A DNA stretch of 64,000 bases from Burkholderiales bacterium (GCA_027493935.1 JAOSJV010000010.1:654387-718386), one strand, 5' to 3'. Positions 10,071 to 19,635 are shown, numbered from the stretch's first letter. Notes: generated by a model from the letters alone, not told the origin. Made by a program: numbers and translations.

Positions 10071-11036
10071 ATGCGCAGTCTCTTGATGCCCGCTCTGATA
10101 TTCACGCTGGCGCTCGCCGGCCCGGCCCGCGCCGACCCGGCGGCCGAGGGCAAGGTCCTGTTCGAGCAGAAATGCGCCTCGTGCCACACCATCGGCGGCG
10201 GCGACCGCATCGGGCCGGACCTGCACGGCGTCGCCGAGCGCCGGCCGCAGGAGTGGCTGCTGCGCTTCGTCACCGAGCCGGACAAGATGATCGCGGCCAA
10301 GGACGAGGTCGCGGTGCGCCTGTACGAGAAGTACAACCGCATCATCATGCCCAACCTCGGTCTCGCCGAGAACGACGCGCGCGCGCTGCTCGCGCACATC
10401 CAGGCGGCGAGCTCGGCCACCCCGCCGGCTGCGGCAGCCCCGCCGACACCGCTGCGTATGCCGCGGCCGCAGCTCATCGCGCCGCAGTCCACCATTCTCG
10501 TGGCTTTCCTCGCGCTTGCGGCCGTGATCATCGCGGTCTTCGCCTGGGTCGCGCTCAGCACCCGCTCGCCCGCCGAGGTCGACGTGAAAAAGGCGTACGG
10601 GGTGCGCAAGATCTTCTTCGTCACCGCCAGCGTCGTGCTCGTCGCGCTGCTCATCGCGACGCTGCCGCGCGCGCCGTACGCCGGCGCCGACGTCAAGCCG
10701 GACCGCATCGTGCACGTCGCCGCGCGGCAATTCGACTTCGTTTTCTCCGACGAGCCGATCGTCAGCGCGTCCGACCTCGGCCGCGTGCCGACCATCCAGC
10801 GGCTCGAGCTGAAAGCGGGCGCGCTGGTCGAGTTCCGCGTCACCGCGCTCGACGTGAACCACGGATTCGGCCTGTACGGGCCGCAGCGCCAGCTCCTCGC
10901 CCAGACCCAGGCGATGCCGGGCTACGTCAACCGGCTGGTGGTGCGGCTCGCCGAGCCCGGCCAGTACAAGGTGTTCTGCCTCGAGTACTGCGCCGCCGGG
11001 CACCATCTCATGCAGTCCGGCGTCACGGTGAACTGA
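10071..11036 (+). CDS. Cytochrome c - CuA subunit II fusion (sNOR NorS-like)
   Basis: Signal peptide, CASCH heme c motif with distal MP, Pro/Ala linker, 2 TM helices, CuA domain (VNHGFG...CLEYCAAGHHLM); GGAGGAG RBS. Confidence 0.88.
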   Translation: MRSLLMPALIFTLALAGPARADPAAEGKVLFEQKCASCHTIGGGDRIGPDLHGVAERRPQEWLLRFVTEPDKMIAAKDEVAVRLYEKYNRIIMPNLGLAENDARALLAHIQAASSATPPAAAAPPTPLRMPRPQLIAPQSTILVAFLALAAVIIAVFAWVALSTRSPAEVDVKKAYGVRKIFFVTASVVLVALLIATLPRAPYAGADVKPDRIVHVAARQFDFVFSDEPIVSASDLGRVPTIQRLELKAGALVEFRVTALDVNHGFGLYGPQRQLLAQTQAMPGYVNRLVVRLAEPGQYKVFCLEYCAAGHHLMQSGVTVN

Positions 11037-11060
11037 GGCGACCCAGGAAGGAAATCGACG

Positions 11061-12482
11061 ATGCGCGCCATCTATTCGCAAACGCTCTACTGGATCGCGG
11101 TCACCTTCGTGCTGTTCCCGATCCTCGTCCTGCTCGGCATCTACATGCGCACGGTCCAGGCCGGGGGACTCGCCGGGCTCGACGCGTGGTTCTATCCGAT
11201 GATGACGCTGCACGGCGTCGGCATGGTCGGGGTCTGGTACGTGGCCTCGATGGCCTGCGCCGCCAACGTGCTGGCGAAGTACGTCGCGCCGTCGCCGGCA
11301 ATCGGGCGGCTCGCGCTCGTCGGCACGGTGATCGGCGTGGTGCTGCTGCTCGTCTGCGTGTTCCTGGGCCGGTTCGCCGCCGGCTGGTACTTCCTGTACC
11401 CGCTGCCGTTCAAGGGCGAGTGGCCGGCCTGGGCGGCGGTGGTGTTCCTGCTCTCGCTCACCGTGCTCGGCGCCACCTGGCTCGTCTGGTCGCTCGATCT
11501 CCTGCGCGCGATCGCTTCCAAGTACTCGCTGTCGCAGGCGCTCGGCTGGCACTATCTCTCCGGCAGCGGCGAGCTGGCGCTGCCGCCCGCGGTCCTGATC
11601 ATCACCGTCAGCCTGATCGCCTCGGTCGCGGCGCTGGTCGCCGGCGTGGTGGTGCTGGTGCTGTTCTACTTCGAGCTGCTGATCGGCGCGCCGAGCGACG
11701 CGCTGCTCATGAAGAACCTGATCTTCTTCTTCGGCCACACGCTGGTGAACCTCGCCATGTACCTCGGCGTGGCGCTCGCCTACGAGGTGCTGCCGCAATA
11801 CGCCGGACGGCCGTGGAAGACCAACAAGATCGTGGTGATCTCGTGGAACACCGTGCTCCTGATCGTGCTCGTCGCGTACTTCCACCACCTCTACATGGAC
11901 TTCGTGCAGCCCGGCGTGCTGCAGTACATCGGCCAGATCGCCTCGTACGCGAGCGCGATCCCGGCCGCGGTGGTCACGATCTTCGGCGCGCTGCTGCTCG
12001 TCTACCGCGCGAAGATGCGCTGGAACCTGGCCTCGATCCTGTTCTACCTCGGCCTGGTGGGCTGGGCGATCGGCGGGGTCGGCGCGGTGATCGATTCCAC
12101 CATCAGCGCCAACGTGCGGTTGCACAACACGCTGTGGGTGCCGGCGCACTTCCACACCTACATGGTGGCGGGGCTGGTGTTCCTGGTGGTGGCCTACTTC
12201 TATCACGCGTGCCAGGAGGCGAGCGCCGCGCCCGAATCCACCGGCTACCACAAGCTGCTCGCGGCGCTGCTGGTGATCGGCGCCTACGGCTTCTTTCTCA
12301 TGTTCTACCTGTCCGGGGCCTACTCGGTGCCGCGGCGCTTCGCGCTCTACCCGGCGGAGCTCGGGCACGGCGCGGTGTACTCGGGCATCGCGGCGGCCTT
12401 TGCGGCGGTGTTCCTGCTCGGCTTCGTCCTGTACCTCGTCGAGACCGGGCGGCGCTGGCTCAAGGCGGTGCAGGCGGCCTGA
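11061..12482 (+). CDS. Heme-copper oxidase superfamily subunit I, sNOR (NorY)-like nitric oxide reductase
   Basis: TLHG, FFGHTLVN (Asn instead of Tyr at H+4), YFHH and PAHFH motifs; followed by an SCO gene as in norSY-senC. Confidence 0.82.
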   Translation: MRAIYSQTLYWIAVTFVLFPILVLLGIYMRTVQAGGLAGLDAWFYPMMTLHGVGMVGVWYVASMACAANVLAKYVAPSPAIGRLALVGTVIGVVLLLVCVFLGRFAAGWYFLYPLPFKGEWPAWAAVVFLLSLTVLGATWLVWSLDLLRAIASKYSLSQALGWHYLSGSGELALPPAVLIITVSLIASVAALVAGVVVLVLFYFELLIGAPSDALLMKNLIFFFGHTLVNLAMYLGVALAYEVLPQYAGRPWKTNKIVVISWNTVLLIVLVAYFHHLYMDFVQPGVLQYIGQIASYASAIPAAVVTIFGALLLVYRAKMRWNLASILFYLGLVGWAIGGVGAVIDSTISANVRLHNTLWVPAHFHTYMVAGLVFLVVAYFYHACQEASAAPESTGYHKLLAALLVIGAYGFFLMFYLSGAYSVPRRFALYPAELGHGAVYSGIAAAFAAVFLLGFVLYLVETGRRWLKAVQAA

Positions 12483-12486
12483 GCCC

Positions 12487-13261
12487 GTGCGCCGAGCGCT
12501 GCACGGCGTGCTGACCGCGCTCGCGCTGACGCTCGCCGCCGCGTGCGGCGCAGCGACGCCGCCGCTCGGCGTCTCGCGCGCGGAACACCGGCTCGTCGAG
12601 CGCGCGGTGCCCGACATCCCGCTGCGGCTCGCCGACGGCCGCGCGCTGCGCATGTCGGACCTCGCCGCTGGCAAGCCGCTCCTGGTCGCCTTCTTCTACC
12701 GCCGCTGCACCGGGGTATGCACGCCGTTCCTGGAATGGGTGCGCGACGCGGTGCGCGAGACGGGTGGTCTGGGCACCGACTACCGGGTGCTCGCGCTCAG
12801 CTTCGACGACGCCGACACGGTCGCCGACGTGCGGGCGCAGGCCGAGACGCTGGGCCTCGCCCAGGCCGCGGGCTGGTCGTTCGCGGTCGCCGAGCGTGCG
12901 GCGCTCGCACGGGTCACCGGAGCGCTCGAGTTCTGGTACCGGCGCGACCCGACGACCGGGCAGTACGACCACCCCGCGCTGCTGGTGGGGCTCGATCGCG
13001 GACGGGTGGTGCGCGCGCTGGTCGGCGGTCCGGACGGGCGGGAGCGGCTGCGCGCGATGGTCTGGGAGCTGCGCGGCAATTTCATCCCGTTCTACAAGGT
13101 GCCGGGGCAGACGCCGCTCGCCTGCCTCGCGTTCGATCCCGACACCGGCAAGACCCGGCCTCGACTGGGGCCTGCTCCTGCTGGTGCTGCCGGCGCTCGC
13201 GGCGATCGGCGCCGCGCTCGCCGTATTCCTCGCTCCCGTGCGGTGGCGTCGAGTCGCCTGA
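12487..13261 (+). CDS. SCO1/SenC family copper chaperone (frameshift at ~13154)
   Basis: FFYRRCTGVCTP (CxxxC) and YDHP His; the C-terminal TM helix DWGLLLLVLPAL is in a shifted frame. Confidence 0.82.
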
Positions 13262-13314
13262 CTGCATGCGCGGCGGCGCGGCTGCCCCCCCGGGCGCAGC
13301 CGCGCGTTGTGCGC

Positions 13315-14151
13315 TCAGTCCTTCAGCAGGCCGTCGAAAAGGCTCATCACGTCGGCATCGGCCACGTGCTTGGCCCGGAGGTCGGCGGTCGTGTATGCGG
13401 CGCTGCGCGCGATGGCGGCGTCGAAGCCGCTGCGCGCGTCCTGGAATGTCACCAGGCTCACCGACGGCGCACCGAGCTGCTGCGCGCGCCCGATGCGCGA
13501 AACGCAGCTGCCATCACGGTAGCGGGAATCCGCGGTGCCGTGCAGGATCTTGACCGGCGCAGACGGCTTCCACGTGCTGCGCGCGACACCGCCGAAAGCG
13601 TCGTCGAGGGCGCAGCTCGGGTAGAAGGCGACCGCGGCCTTGAACGGGCTCGCACCGCCCGCGCTGCGCGATGCGTCCACTGCCGCGAGCGCACCGCTCG
13701 CGCCGTGCGACCACCCGATCAGGCCGACGCGGTCCGCGTGCGCGATCCCGGTCGCCGCGAGGAAGCGGTAGGCGGCATCGGCGTCGGCGGCGCGCTCGGC
13801 GGTCGCGGCACCCCCGCGATCACAGCTCACCTGCGTCTCGCGGGGCGTGTCGCTGTCGACGAGAAGCGCCGCATAACCGGCTGCAGCCAGGCGCTCGCCC
13901 CACGTGCGGTAGGACTCTCCGGCGGCCTGCGCCGGCGCGCCGATCGCCTCGGCACAGCCCGGCAGCATGACCACGGCCGGATGCGGGCCACGATCGGCCG
14001 GCCGGAAGAGCGTCCCCGGGATCATCCGTCCCTGCGGGTTAGTGAACGCCACCTCCTGCGTCGTGGCGATGCTTGCCTGCGCGGCGCCCACGAGACCCGC
14101 GAAAGCGGCAGCGACGGCGGCACTGGCAACGGTCTTGTTCATGCGGGTCAT
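13315..14151 (-). CDS. Secreted dienelactone hydrolase family protein (catalytic His apparently missing)
   Basis: Signal peptide; GWSHG nucleophile elbow; AFYPSC; ILHGTAD; DARSGFD where H-G-F is expected. Confidence 0.75.
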   Translation of the reverse strand: MTRMNKTVASAAVAAAFAGLVGAAQASIATTQEVAFTNPQGRMIPGTLFRPADRGPHPAVVMLPGCAEAIGAPAQAAGESYRTWGERLAAAGYAALLVDSDTPRETQVSCDRGGAATAERAADADAAYRFLAATGIAHADRVGLIGWSHGASGALAAVDASRSAGGASPFKAAVAFYPSCALDDAFGGVARSTWKPSAPVKILHGTADSRYRDGSCVSRIGRAQQLGAPSVSLVTFQDARSGFDAAIARSAAYTTADLRAKHVADADVMSLFDGLLKD

Positions 14152-14192
14152 GGCGATTTCCTTGGATTGGTTGGTCCGACGACCCGGTTTCC

Positions 14193-14207
14193 GCAAGCAA
14201 TGTGCCA
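14193..14207 (-). promoter_or_regulatory. Sigma-54 (-24/-12) promoter
   Basis: Minus strand TGGCAC-ATTGC-TTGC, about 40 bp upstream of the hydrolase start; AT-rich IHF-like tract at 14210-14245. Confidence 0.7.
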
Positions 14208-14401
14208 CTGCAATAATCTATCTAAGAAACAAAATGTTAAATCGATAAGCCGATCCATGATCCGAGGTTCGAGTGTTCGCGATCGCGCACACGGGAGCGC
14301 GGTTCCAGACACAGCGCACTGAAAAGTAAGGTAAATCCGGTGTCGGTCGCTGCGGACAGCGCGCCTCACCGCCCTCGCAGGCCCATGACGAGGAACGACG
14401 G

Positions 14402-15202
14402 ATGGATTTTCTGCCACCCGCCAAGCTGCTCGACGAGATCGAGACGGCGAGCAAGAAGAAAGCCGGCCTGCCGGTGCGCAACATGCTGCTCACCGGCTTT
14501 CTGTCCGGCGCGCTGCTCGCGTACGCCACCGCCTTTGCGTTCAAGGTCTCCGACGGGCTGCCGGGCGGGGCCACCTGGCTCGTCGCCGGAGCCGTGTTCC
14601 CGGTGGGCTTCGCAATCATCACCCTCCTCGGGCTGGAGCTCGCCACCGGCAATTTCGCGCTGATGGCGGTCGGTGTTGCGCGCGGCGGCACGTCCGTTCG
14701 GCAGACGCTGCGCAACTGGACCTGGGTCTATCTGGGGAACTTCGCCGGCAGCGTGTTCGTGGGCGGCCTGCTCGCCGTCGCACTCACCGCCGCCTTCACC
14801 CACGGCGGCGGCCCGCTCGGCGAGCGCATCGTCGCCGTGGCCGAGTCCAAGACCCTCGCCTATGCGCACGCCGGCGGCGCCGGCTGGCTCACCGCATTCG
14901 TCGAGGGCGTCCTGTGCAACTGGATGGTCACGCTCGGCTCGGTGCTCGGGCTGAGCTCGACCTCGAGCATCGGCAAGATCGCCGGCGTGTGGCTGCCGAT
15001 CTCGGTGTTCTTCGCGCTCGCGCTCGAGCACTCGATCGTCAACATGTTCGTCATCCCGACCGCGATGGTGCTGGGCGCGCCCATCAGCGCCGGGCAATGG
15101 CTGTGGTGGAACCAGCTTCCGGTGACACTCGGCAACATCGTCGGCGGCGCGGTGCTCACCGGCCTGCTGCTGCACCACGGTCACCGCATGGCACGCGCGT
15201 AG
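14402..15202 (+). CDS. Formate/nitrite transporter (FNT) family channel
   Basis: FPVGF, ELATGN, NFAGS, GVLCNWMV, EHSIVNM and TLGNIVGG motifs. Confidence 0.92.
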   Translation: MDFLPPAKLLDEIETASKKKAGLPVRNMLLTGFLSGALLAYATAFAFKVSDGLPGGATWLVAGAVFPVGFAIITLLGLELATGNFALMAVGVARGGTSVRQTLRNWTWVYLGNFAGSVFVGGLLAVALTAAFTHGGGPLGERIVAVAESKTLAYAHAGGAGWLTAFVEGVLCNWMVTLGSVLGLSSTSSIGKIAGVWLPISVFFALALEHSIVNMFVIPTAMVLGAPISAGQWLWWNQLPVTLGNIVGGAVLTGLLLHHGHRMARA

Positions 15203-15227
15203 CGGCGCAGGCCCGCGCGGCGCCGCT

Positions 15228-16877
15228 TCAGTGCAGCAGCTTCTCGAGCGCGCGGATGCGCGCGGGCGGCTCCATGTCGAGGTGCTTGCGCAGTGCAGCA
15301 CGGCAGCACTCGTACTGCTGGCGCGCCTCGACGACGCGGCCGGCGCTCGCGAGCTGGGCGACGAGCAGCTCGTACAGGTCGAGCGCCACCGGCTCGAAAT
15401 CGAGCGCGGTGCGCAGCGTCCAGATGGCCTCGTCGGTGTGCCCCCAGCGGATGCGCATGGCGGCGAGCGAGCGGGCGGCGTCGAGATACATGTGCCGCAG
15501 CCGGACGCGGTGGGTCTCGAGCGATTCGTCCTCGGTGTCGTCGGCGAACAGGTCGCCGCGGAAGAGCCGGACCGCGTCCTCGAGCAGGCCGAGCGCACGC
15601 TGCTCCGCGCCTTCGCGCTGCGCGCTGCGCGCAGTGGCGATGAAATCGAGGAAGTCGAACAGATCGACCGAGTGCGGCGCCTCCGTGTTGAAAAAGTAGT
15701 GATCGTCGCGGCACACGATGTACTCGGAGGCGCGCGCCCCTCGCCCGGATTCGATCGCCGAGCGCAGCGCGTTCACCACGCCGTGCAGCCGGTTGGCGCC
15801 CGCGCGCGGCGACGCCTCGGGCCAGAGCAGCTCGACGAGCCGGTCGCGATGCACCGGAATGCCGCGCCGCAGCACGAGCTGCTTCAGCAGCTGCAGCGCC
15901 TTGCGGCGCGCGAACGCGTCGGGGGCCAGTTTTTGCCCGCTGCGGAAGATCTCGAACGGACCGAAGCAGCGCAGGGCGAGGCGTGCCGAGGGCAGGTCGG
16001 TGCAGCGCGTCGGCAGCACGCGGCGCGGCACCGCGAGCGGAATGATCGACCGCACCGCCTCGAGCACGCGTACGCCCCATTCCATCGGCACCGAACCATC
16101 GCGCCAGCCCACGCCCACGTACCCGAGCGGACGGCCGCCCTCGACCAGCGGGACGCCGAGAAACGAGCGGATCCCGCAGCGCTTGACCTCGCCGCGCAGG
16201 AACAGGCGGTCTTTCTGGAACCGGTTTGTGAAGAGCGGCTTCTGCAGCAGCGTCACGGTGCCCGGGTAGCCGGCGCCGAGCGGCATGTGCGTGAGCTGCA
16301 TGAACGCTTCGCGATCGTAGCCCTCGCAGTCCACGAGAAAGACCTCCTTCCCGGCGGTGTCGAGCACGAAGAGCTCGCAGTCGTCGGCGGCGCAGACACG
16401 GCGCAGGCCCTCGAGCGTGCTCTCGATGGAGCCCAGGCGCTCGGCGAGCGCGCCGCGGATCACCACCGCTTCCAGCCACGCGCTGCCGAACCCCCGGCCG
16501 TCACGTGCGACAGGGGGAAACCACACCAGCGCACCGTGCGACGGGTCGGACAGCGGCAGGATGGCGCAGTGCATCGGCGGCGACGCCTCGGACCGCGCGT
16601 CGCGCGCGAGCGCGGACCGCGCCCCGTTCGCACCGGGACAGCGCGCACACCGCGCGTCGGGCCGGCCGTGATGGCGCTCGGCCACGACGTCCCAGCAGAA
16701 CCGTCCCACCGCCGACTTGGCGGGCACGCGCAACGCCCGCGCGGTGGCATCCGGCCACGCCCGGATGCGGAACCGGCCGTCCACCCAGAAAAAAGGGACG
16801 AAACGGCTCGCCCCGCTCCAGCTCACCCGAGACAGGCAATCAACGACCCCGCGCCTTTGATCGTGCGCACCGATCAT
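15228..16877 (-). CDS. Transcriptional regulator: Cys-rich PAS-like + GAF + winged-helix/BTAD (SARP-like); start uncertain
   Basis: LRCFGPFEI, RDRLVELLWPE, VDLFDF, LFRGDLF and LDMEP BTAD signature; GAF segment (GAGYPG, SFLGVPL); N-terminal FCWDV..CARCP..HC. Confidence 0.8.
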   Translation of the reverse strand: MIGAHDQRRGVVDCLSRVSWSGASRFVPFFWVDGRFRIRAWPDATARALRVPAKSAVGRFCWDVVAERHHGRPDARCARCPGANGARSALARDARSEASPPMHCAILPLSDPSHGALVWFPPVARDGRGFGSAWLEAVVIRGALAERLGSIESTLEGLRRVCAADDCELFVLDTAGKEVFLVDCEGYDREAFMQLTHMPLGAGYPGTVTLLQKPLFTNRFQKDRLFLRGEVKRCGIRSFLGVPLVEGGRPLGYVGVGWRDGSVPMEWGVRVLEAVRSIIPLAVPRRVLPTRCTDLPSARLALRCFGPFEIFRSGQKLAPDAFARRKALQLLKQLVLRRGIPVHRDRLVELLWPEASPRAGANRLHGVVNALRSAIESGRGARASEYIVCRDDHYFFNTEAPHSVDLFDFLDFIATARSAQREGAEQRALGLLEDAVRLFRGDLFADDTEDESLETHRVRLRHMYLDAARSLAAMRIRWGHTDEAIWTLRTALDFEPVALDLYELLVAQLASAGRVVEARQQYECCRAALRKHLDMEPPARIRALEKLLH

Positions 16878-17075
16878 ACTCCCGATTCGCGCAACCTCCG
16901 GCGCGGGCGGCGGTGGTGATCCGGCCGGGCACGGCAGGCGCCGGGGATGACGCACCCGCCGCCGCGTCGGGCACCCGCACGACCGGACGCCGTCGTTGGC
17001 GGCCAAGCGCGCAGCGCCGGTTTCATCTGCGTCACGCCCGCACCCCTGTACGGGTGGCGCAGGCGCCGGCCAAAG

Positions 17076-17204
17076 CAAGTAGGAACACCGTGCGCGAGCC
17101 CTCCCCGCGAGGGATCGGCACTCCGAGTGTGCCTATCGGGGGCGGGAATCCTCGAGGCTCTCGATCGCGCTCGCGCTGGGATCCCGCGCCGTGCTGACTA
17201 CTTG
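17076..17204. repeat. 129-bp element with imperfect terminal inverted repeats (MITE-like)
   Basis: Left end CAAGTAGGAACACCGTGCGCG versus right-end reverse complement CAAGTAGTCAGCACGGCGCGG; internal hairpin GGCAC..GTGCC. Confidence 0.4.
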
Positions 17205-17250
17205 GGCGACGGACCACGCACGAATGACGACCTTCTGCTGCGCTTCTCGG

Positions 17251-17622
17251 TCAGCCCGGTCGGCGGCCTCGCGGGGTCCCCTCGAGGTACTCCCTGAGCA
17301 CCGCCGCACTGCTGCGCTCGGGCGCGCGTGCCGCGAACACGAGCGTCACCGGACCGCGGCGCAACGCTTCGCGCAGCGGCGCCAGCGCCGCGTCGTGCTG
17401 CGCGAGCTCGTCCAGATAGCGGCGACGGAACTCGGGCCATTTCGCTGCATCGTGGCCGTACCACGTGCGCAGCGCGGCGCTCGGCGCCACGTCCTTCAGC
17501 CACGTCTCGACCGCGAGCGCTTCCTTGGTCACGCCGCGCGGCCAGAGACGCTCGACCAGGAACCGCCTGCCGTCGGCGCGCCCGGCCGGTTCGTAGGCGC
17601 GCTTTAGCCGGATTCGCCCCAT
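17251..17622 (-). CDS. DUF488/YeaO family protein
   Basis: IRLKRAYE..DGRRFLVERLWPRG..WLKDVAPS..LRTWYGH. Confidence 0.88.
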   Translation of the reverse strand: MGRIRLKRAYEPAGRADGRRFLVERLWPRGVTKEALAVETWLKDVAPSAALRTWYGHDAAKWPEFRRRYLDELAQHDAALAPLREALRRGPVTLVFAARAPERSSAAVLREYLEGTPRGRRPG

Positions 17623-17764
17623 GGCGTCGATTCTACGGCGCGCCGCGGCGGGCGGCACGCCGGCGGGGACTGCGCGGCCCGGGCTGCGCAGCCCGTGTCG
17701 GAAGCGTCGGCGCGCTAGAATCGCCGCCGCCGCAATCCGCGGCCCGACCTAGGGAGTGCAGAGC

Positions 17765-18019
17765 ATGAACGCCGTGCGCAGTGCCATCGCAGTCTTTGCC
17801 ATCGCCGTAGCGAACTCGGCCTGGGCCTACCAAGTCACCGGACCGGTACTGGAGGTAACCGACGCGAAGATCGTGGTGCAAAAGGGCAAGGAGAAGTGGG
17901 AGATCGCCCGCACGCCGGGCACCAAGGTCAGCGGCAACCTGAAGGTGGGCGCTCAGGTCACCGTCGAGTACTCGATGACCGCAAAATCCATCGACGTCAA
18001 GCCGGCCAAGGGCAAGTAG
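17765..18019 (+). CDS. Small secreted beta-rich hypothetical protein (OB-fold-like)
   Basis: Signal peptide ending AWA; YQVTGPVLEVTD..LKVGAQVTVEY; GGGAG RBS. Confidence 0.75.
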   Translation: MNAVRSAIAVFAIAVANSAWAYQVTGPVLEVTDAKIVVQKGKEKWEIARTPGTKVSGNLKVGAQVTVEYSMTAKSIDVKPAKGK

Positions 18020-18075
18020 CAGCGCACGCGGGTACGGCCGGGGGCATGGCTGCTGCCGGCCCCCCGGGGCGCCGG

Positions 18076-19635
18076 TCAGTGGCTGGTGCCCTCCGAGCGC
18101 GTGATCTTGTTGTGGACGTTGTACTTGCCCACCGGCCGCCTCATCGGCAGTCGCTTCACTTCCCGGAACGTCGCCGCGTCGTAGATTACGAGCGCGCCGT
18201 CCATCTCCCATACCGAGACCAGCGCATGGCGGCCGTCGCGCGTGAACTCGACGTGCGCGGCGGTCTTCCCGGGAGCGGGCGTCACCGACGCCACCACCTC
18301 GAGCGAGCGCTTGTCGATGATCTGCAGCGTGTCCTTCTTCGGGCTCATCATCGCGTCCACCCAGGCGTAGGGTGTGGCCTCGTGGCTGCGCATGAAGAAG
18401 CCCGGGCCATTGGTCGGGATCTGCCGCACCAGTTGCCAGCGCTTGACGTCGATCACGCTGACCACACCCTCCTTGAGATTGGGCGTGGCCATCACCCGCG
18501 AGCCGCCGTGCTCCCACGTGATGCCCGAGCCGAGGTGGGGCATGCCCGGCAGGTCGAGGTCGGCGATCTTGCGGCGCACGTCGAGGTGTACCACCTGGCC
18601 CTTGCGGCCCTCGCTGCGCGAGGCGCCCATCAACTGGCTGTAGTCCGGCGTGAAGAAGAAGTCGTCCAGGTAGTCCTGCAGCATCGAGCGGCGCGGGTTG
18701 AGGAAGCCGGGGACGAACGCGCCCTCCCGGTACCGGAAATCGTGGATCATCCCGGTCGGAATCTCGGGCGCCTTCGGGTCGTAGCTGATCTCCCAGACCT
18801 CCGGGATGTCCTTCAGCGCGGCGACGAAGCTCCTGCGCGGGGCGGCGGTATACACCGCGGACACGCGCGAGGTGCGCTCGCCCTTGCCGTCGACCACAGC
18901 CAGCAGCTTCACCGGGCGAAGGTCCGCGTCCAGCACCACGAGCGTGTGCGGCAGGTAGTTGCCCACCATCACGTGCTTCCCGTCGCCCGACACCGCGGCG
19001 TTGCGGGTGTTCAGACCGGCGCGGATCTCGGCGATCATGCGCAGGTTCCACAGGTCGTACTTCGAGATCCAGCCGTCGCGCGAGGCGAAATAGACGAAGC
19101 GGCCATCGGGCGAGAACTTGGGCCCGCCGTGCAGCGCGTAGCGGCTGGCGAAGCGCGCGAGCGGCGTGAAGCGGTCGCCGTCGAGGACCGTGACGTGATG
19201 GTCGCCCGCCTCCACGACCACGAAGAGGTTCAGCGGGTCGGCGTCGAACGCGGGCTTCGCCGGCAGCAGCGCGGTATCGGCGTGTACCACGCGCGAGGCC
19301 CGGATGTCGTCGAGCCCCCACTCGGGTTTCGTCGCCGGCTCGGCGTAGACGTAGGCGACCAGCGCGTCGATCTCGTCCGGCGCGAGCCTGTCCGCGAAGC
19401 CCGGCATTTGCGTGGCGACGCGGCCCTCGGCGATGACCTGCGCCGCGGCCGGCCTGCGCAGCCGCTCCAGATTCGACGGCAGCAGCGCCGGGCCCGTGCC
19501 GCCGAAGCGGTCGGCCCCATGGCATGCGGCGCAGTGCTCCGCGTACAGTTCGGCGGCCGCACTCACCGCCGCGGCCGGCGGCACGGTTGCGGCGAGCGCC
19601 AGCGCTAGCATCATCGCCGCACGCGCGCGCCTCAT
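18076..19635 (-). CDS. nirN: NirN, cytochrome c/d1-domain protein of heme d1 maturation
   Basis: CAACH heme c motif plus d1 beta-propeller (LHGGPKFS, MPHLGSG, FFMRSHE, GKYNV); last gene of the nir operon. Confidence 0.92.
   Translation of the reverse strand: MRRARAAMMLALALAATVPPAAAVSAAAELYAEHCAACHGADRFGGTGPALLPSNLERLRRPAAAQVIAEGRVATQMPGFADRLAPDEIDALVAYVYAEPATKPEWGLDDIRASRVVHADTALLPAKPAFDADPLNLFVVVEAGDHHVTVLDGDRFTPLARFASRYALHGGPKFSPDGRFVYFASRDGWISKYDLWNLRMIAEIRAGLNTRNAAVSGDGKHVMVGNYLPHTLVVLDADLRPVKLLAVVDGKGERTSRVSAVYTAAPRRSFVAALKDIPEVWEISYDPKAPEIPTGMIHDFRYREGAFVPGFLNPRRSMLQDYLDDFFFTPDYSQLMGASRSEGRKGQVVHLDVRRKIADLDLPGMPHLGSGITWEHGGSRVMATPNLKEGVVSVIDVKRWQLVRQIPTNGPGFFMRSHEATPYAWVDAMMSPKKDTLQIIDKRSLEVVASVTPAPGKTAAHVEFTRDGRHALVSVWEMDGALVIYDAATFREVKRLPMRRPVGKYNVHNKITRSEGTSH

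Noticed and set aside
7527-12674. 1715-aa ORF suggesting a giant SelD fusion
   Set aside because: The first ~950 aa are the antisense shadow of the sNOR genes; real coding starts at 9818 ([18 protein letters not shown]).
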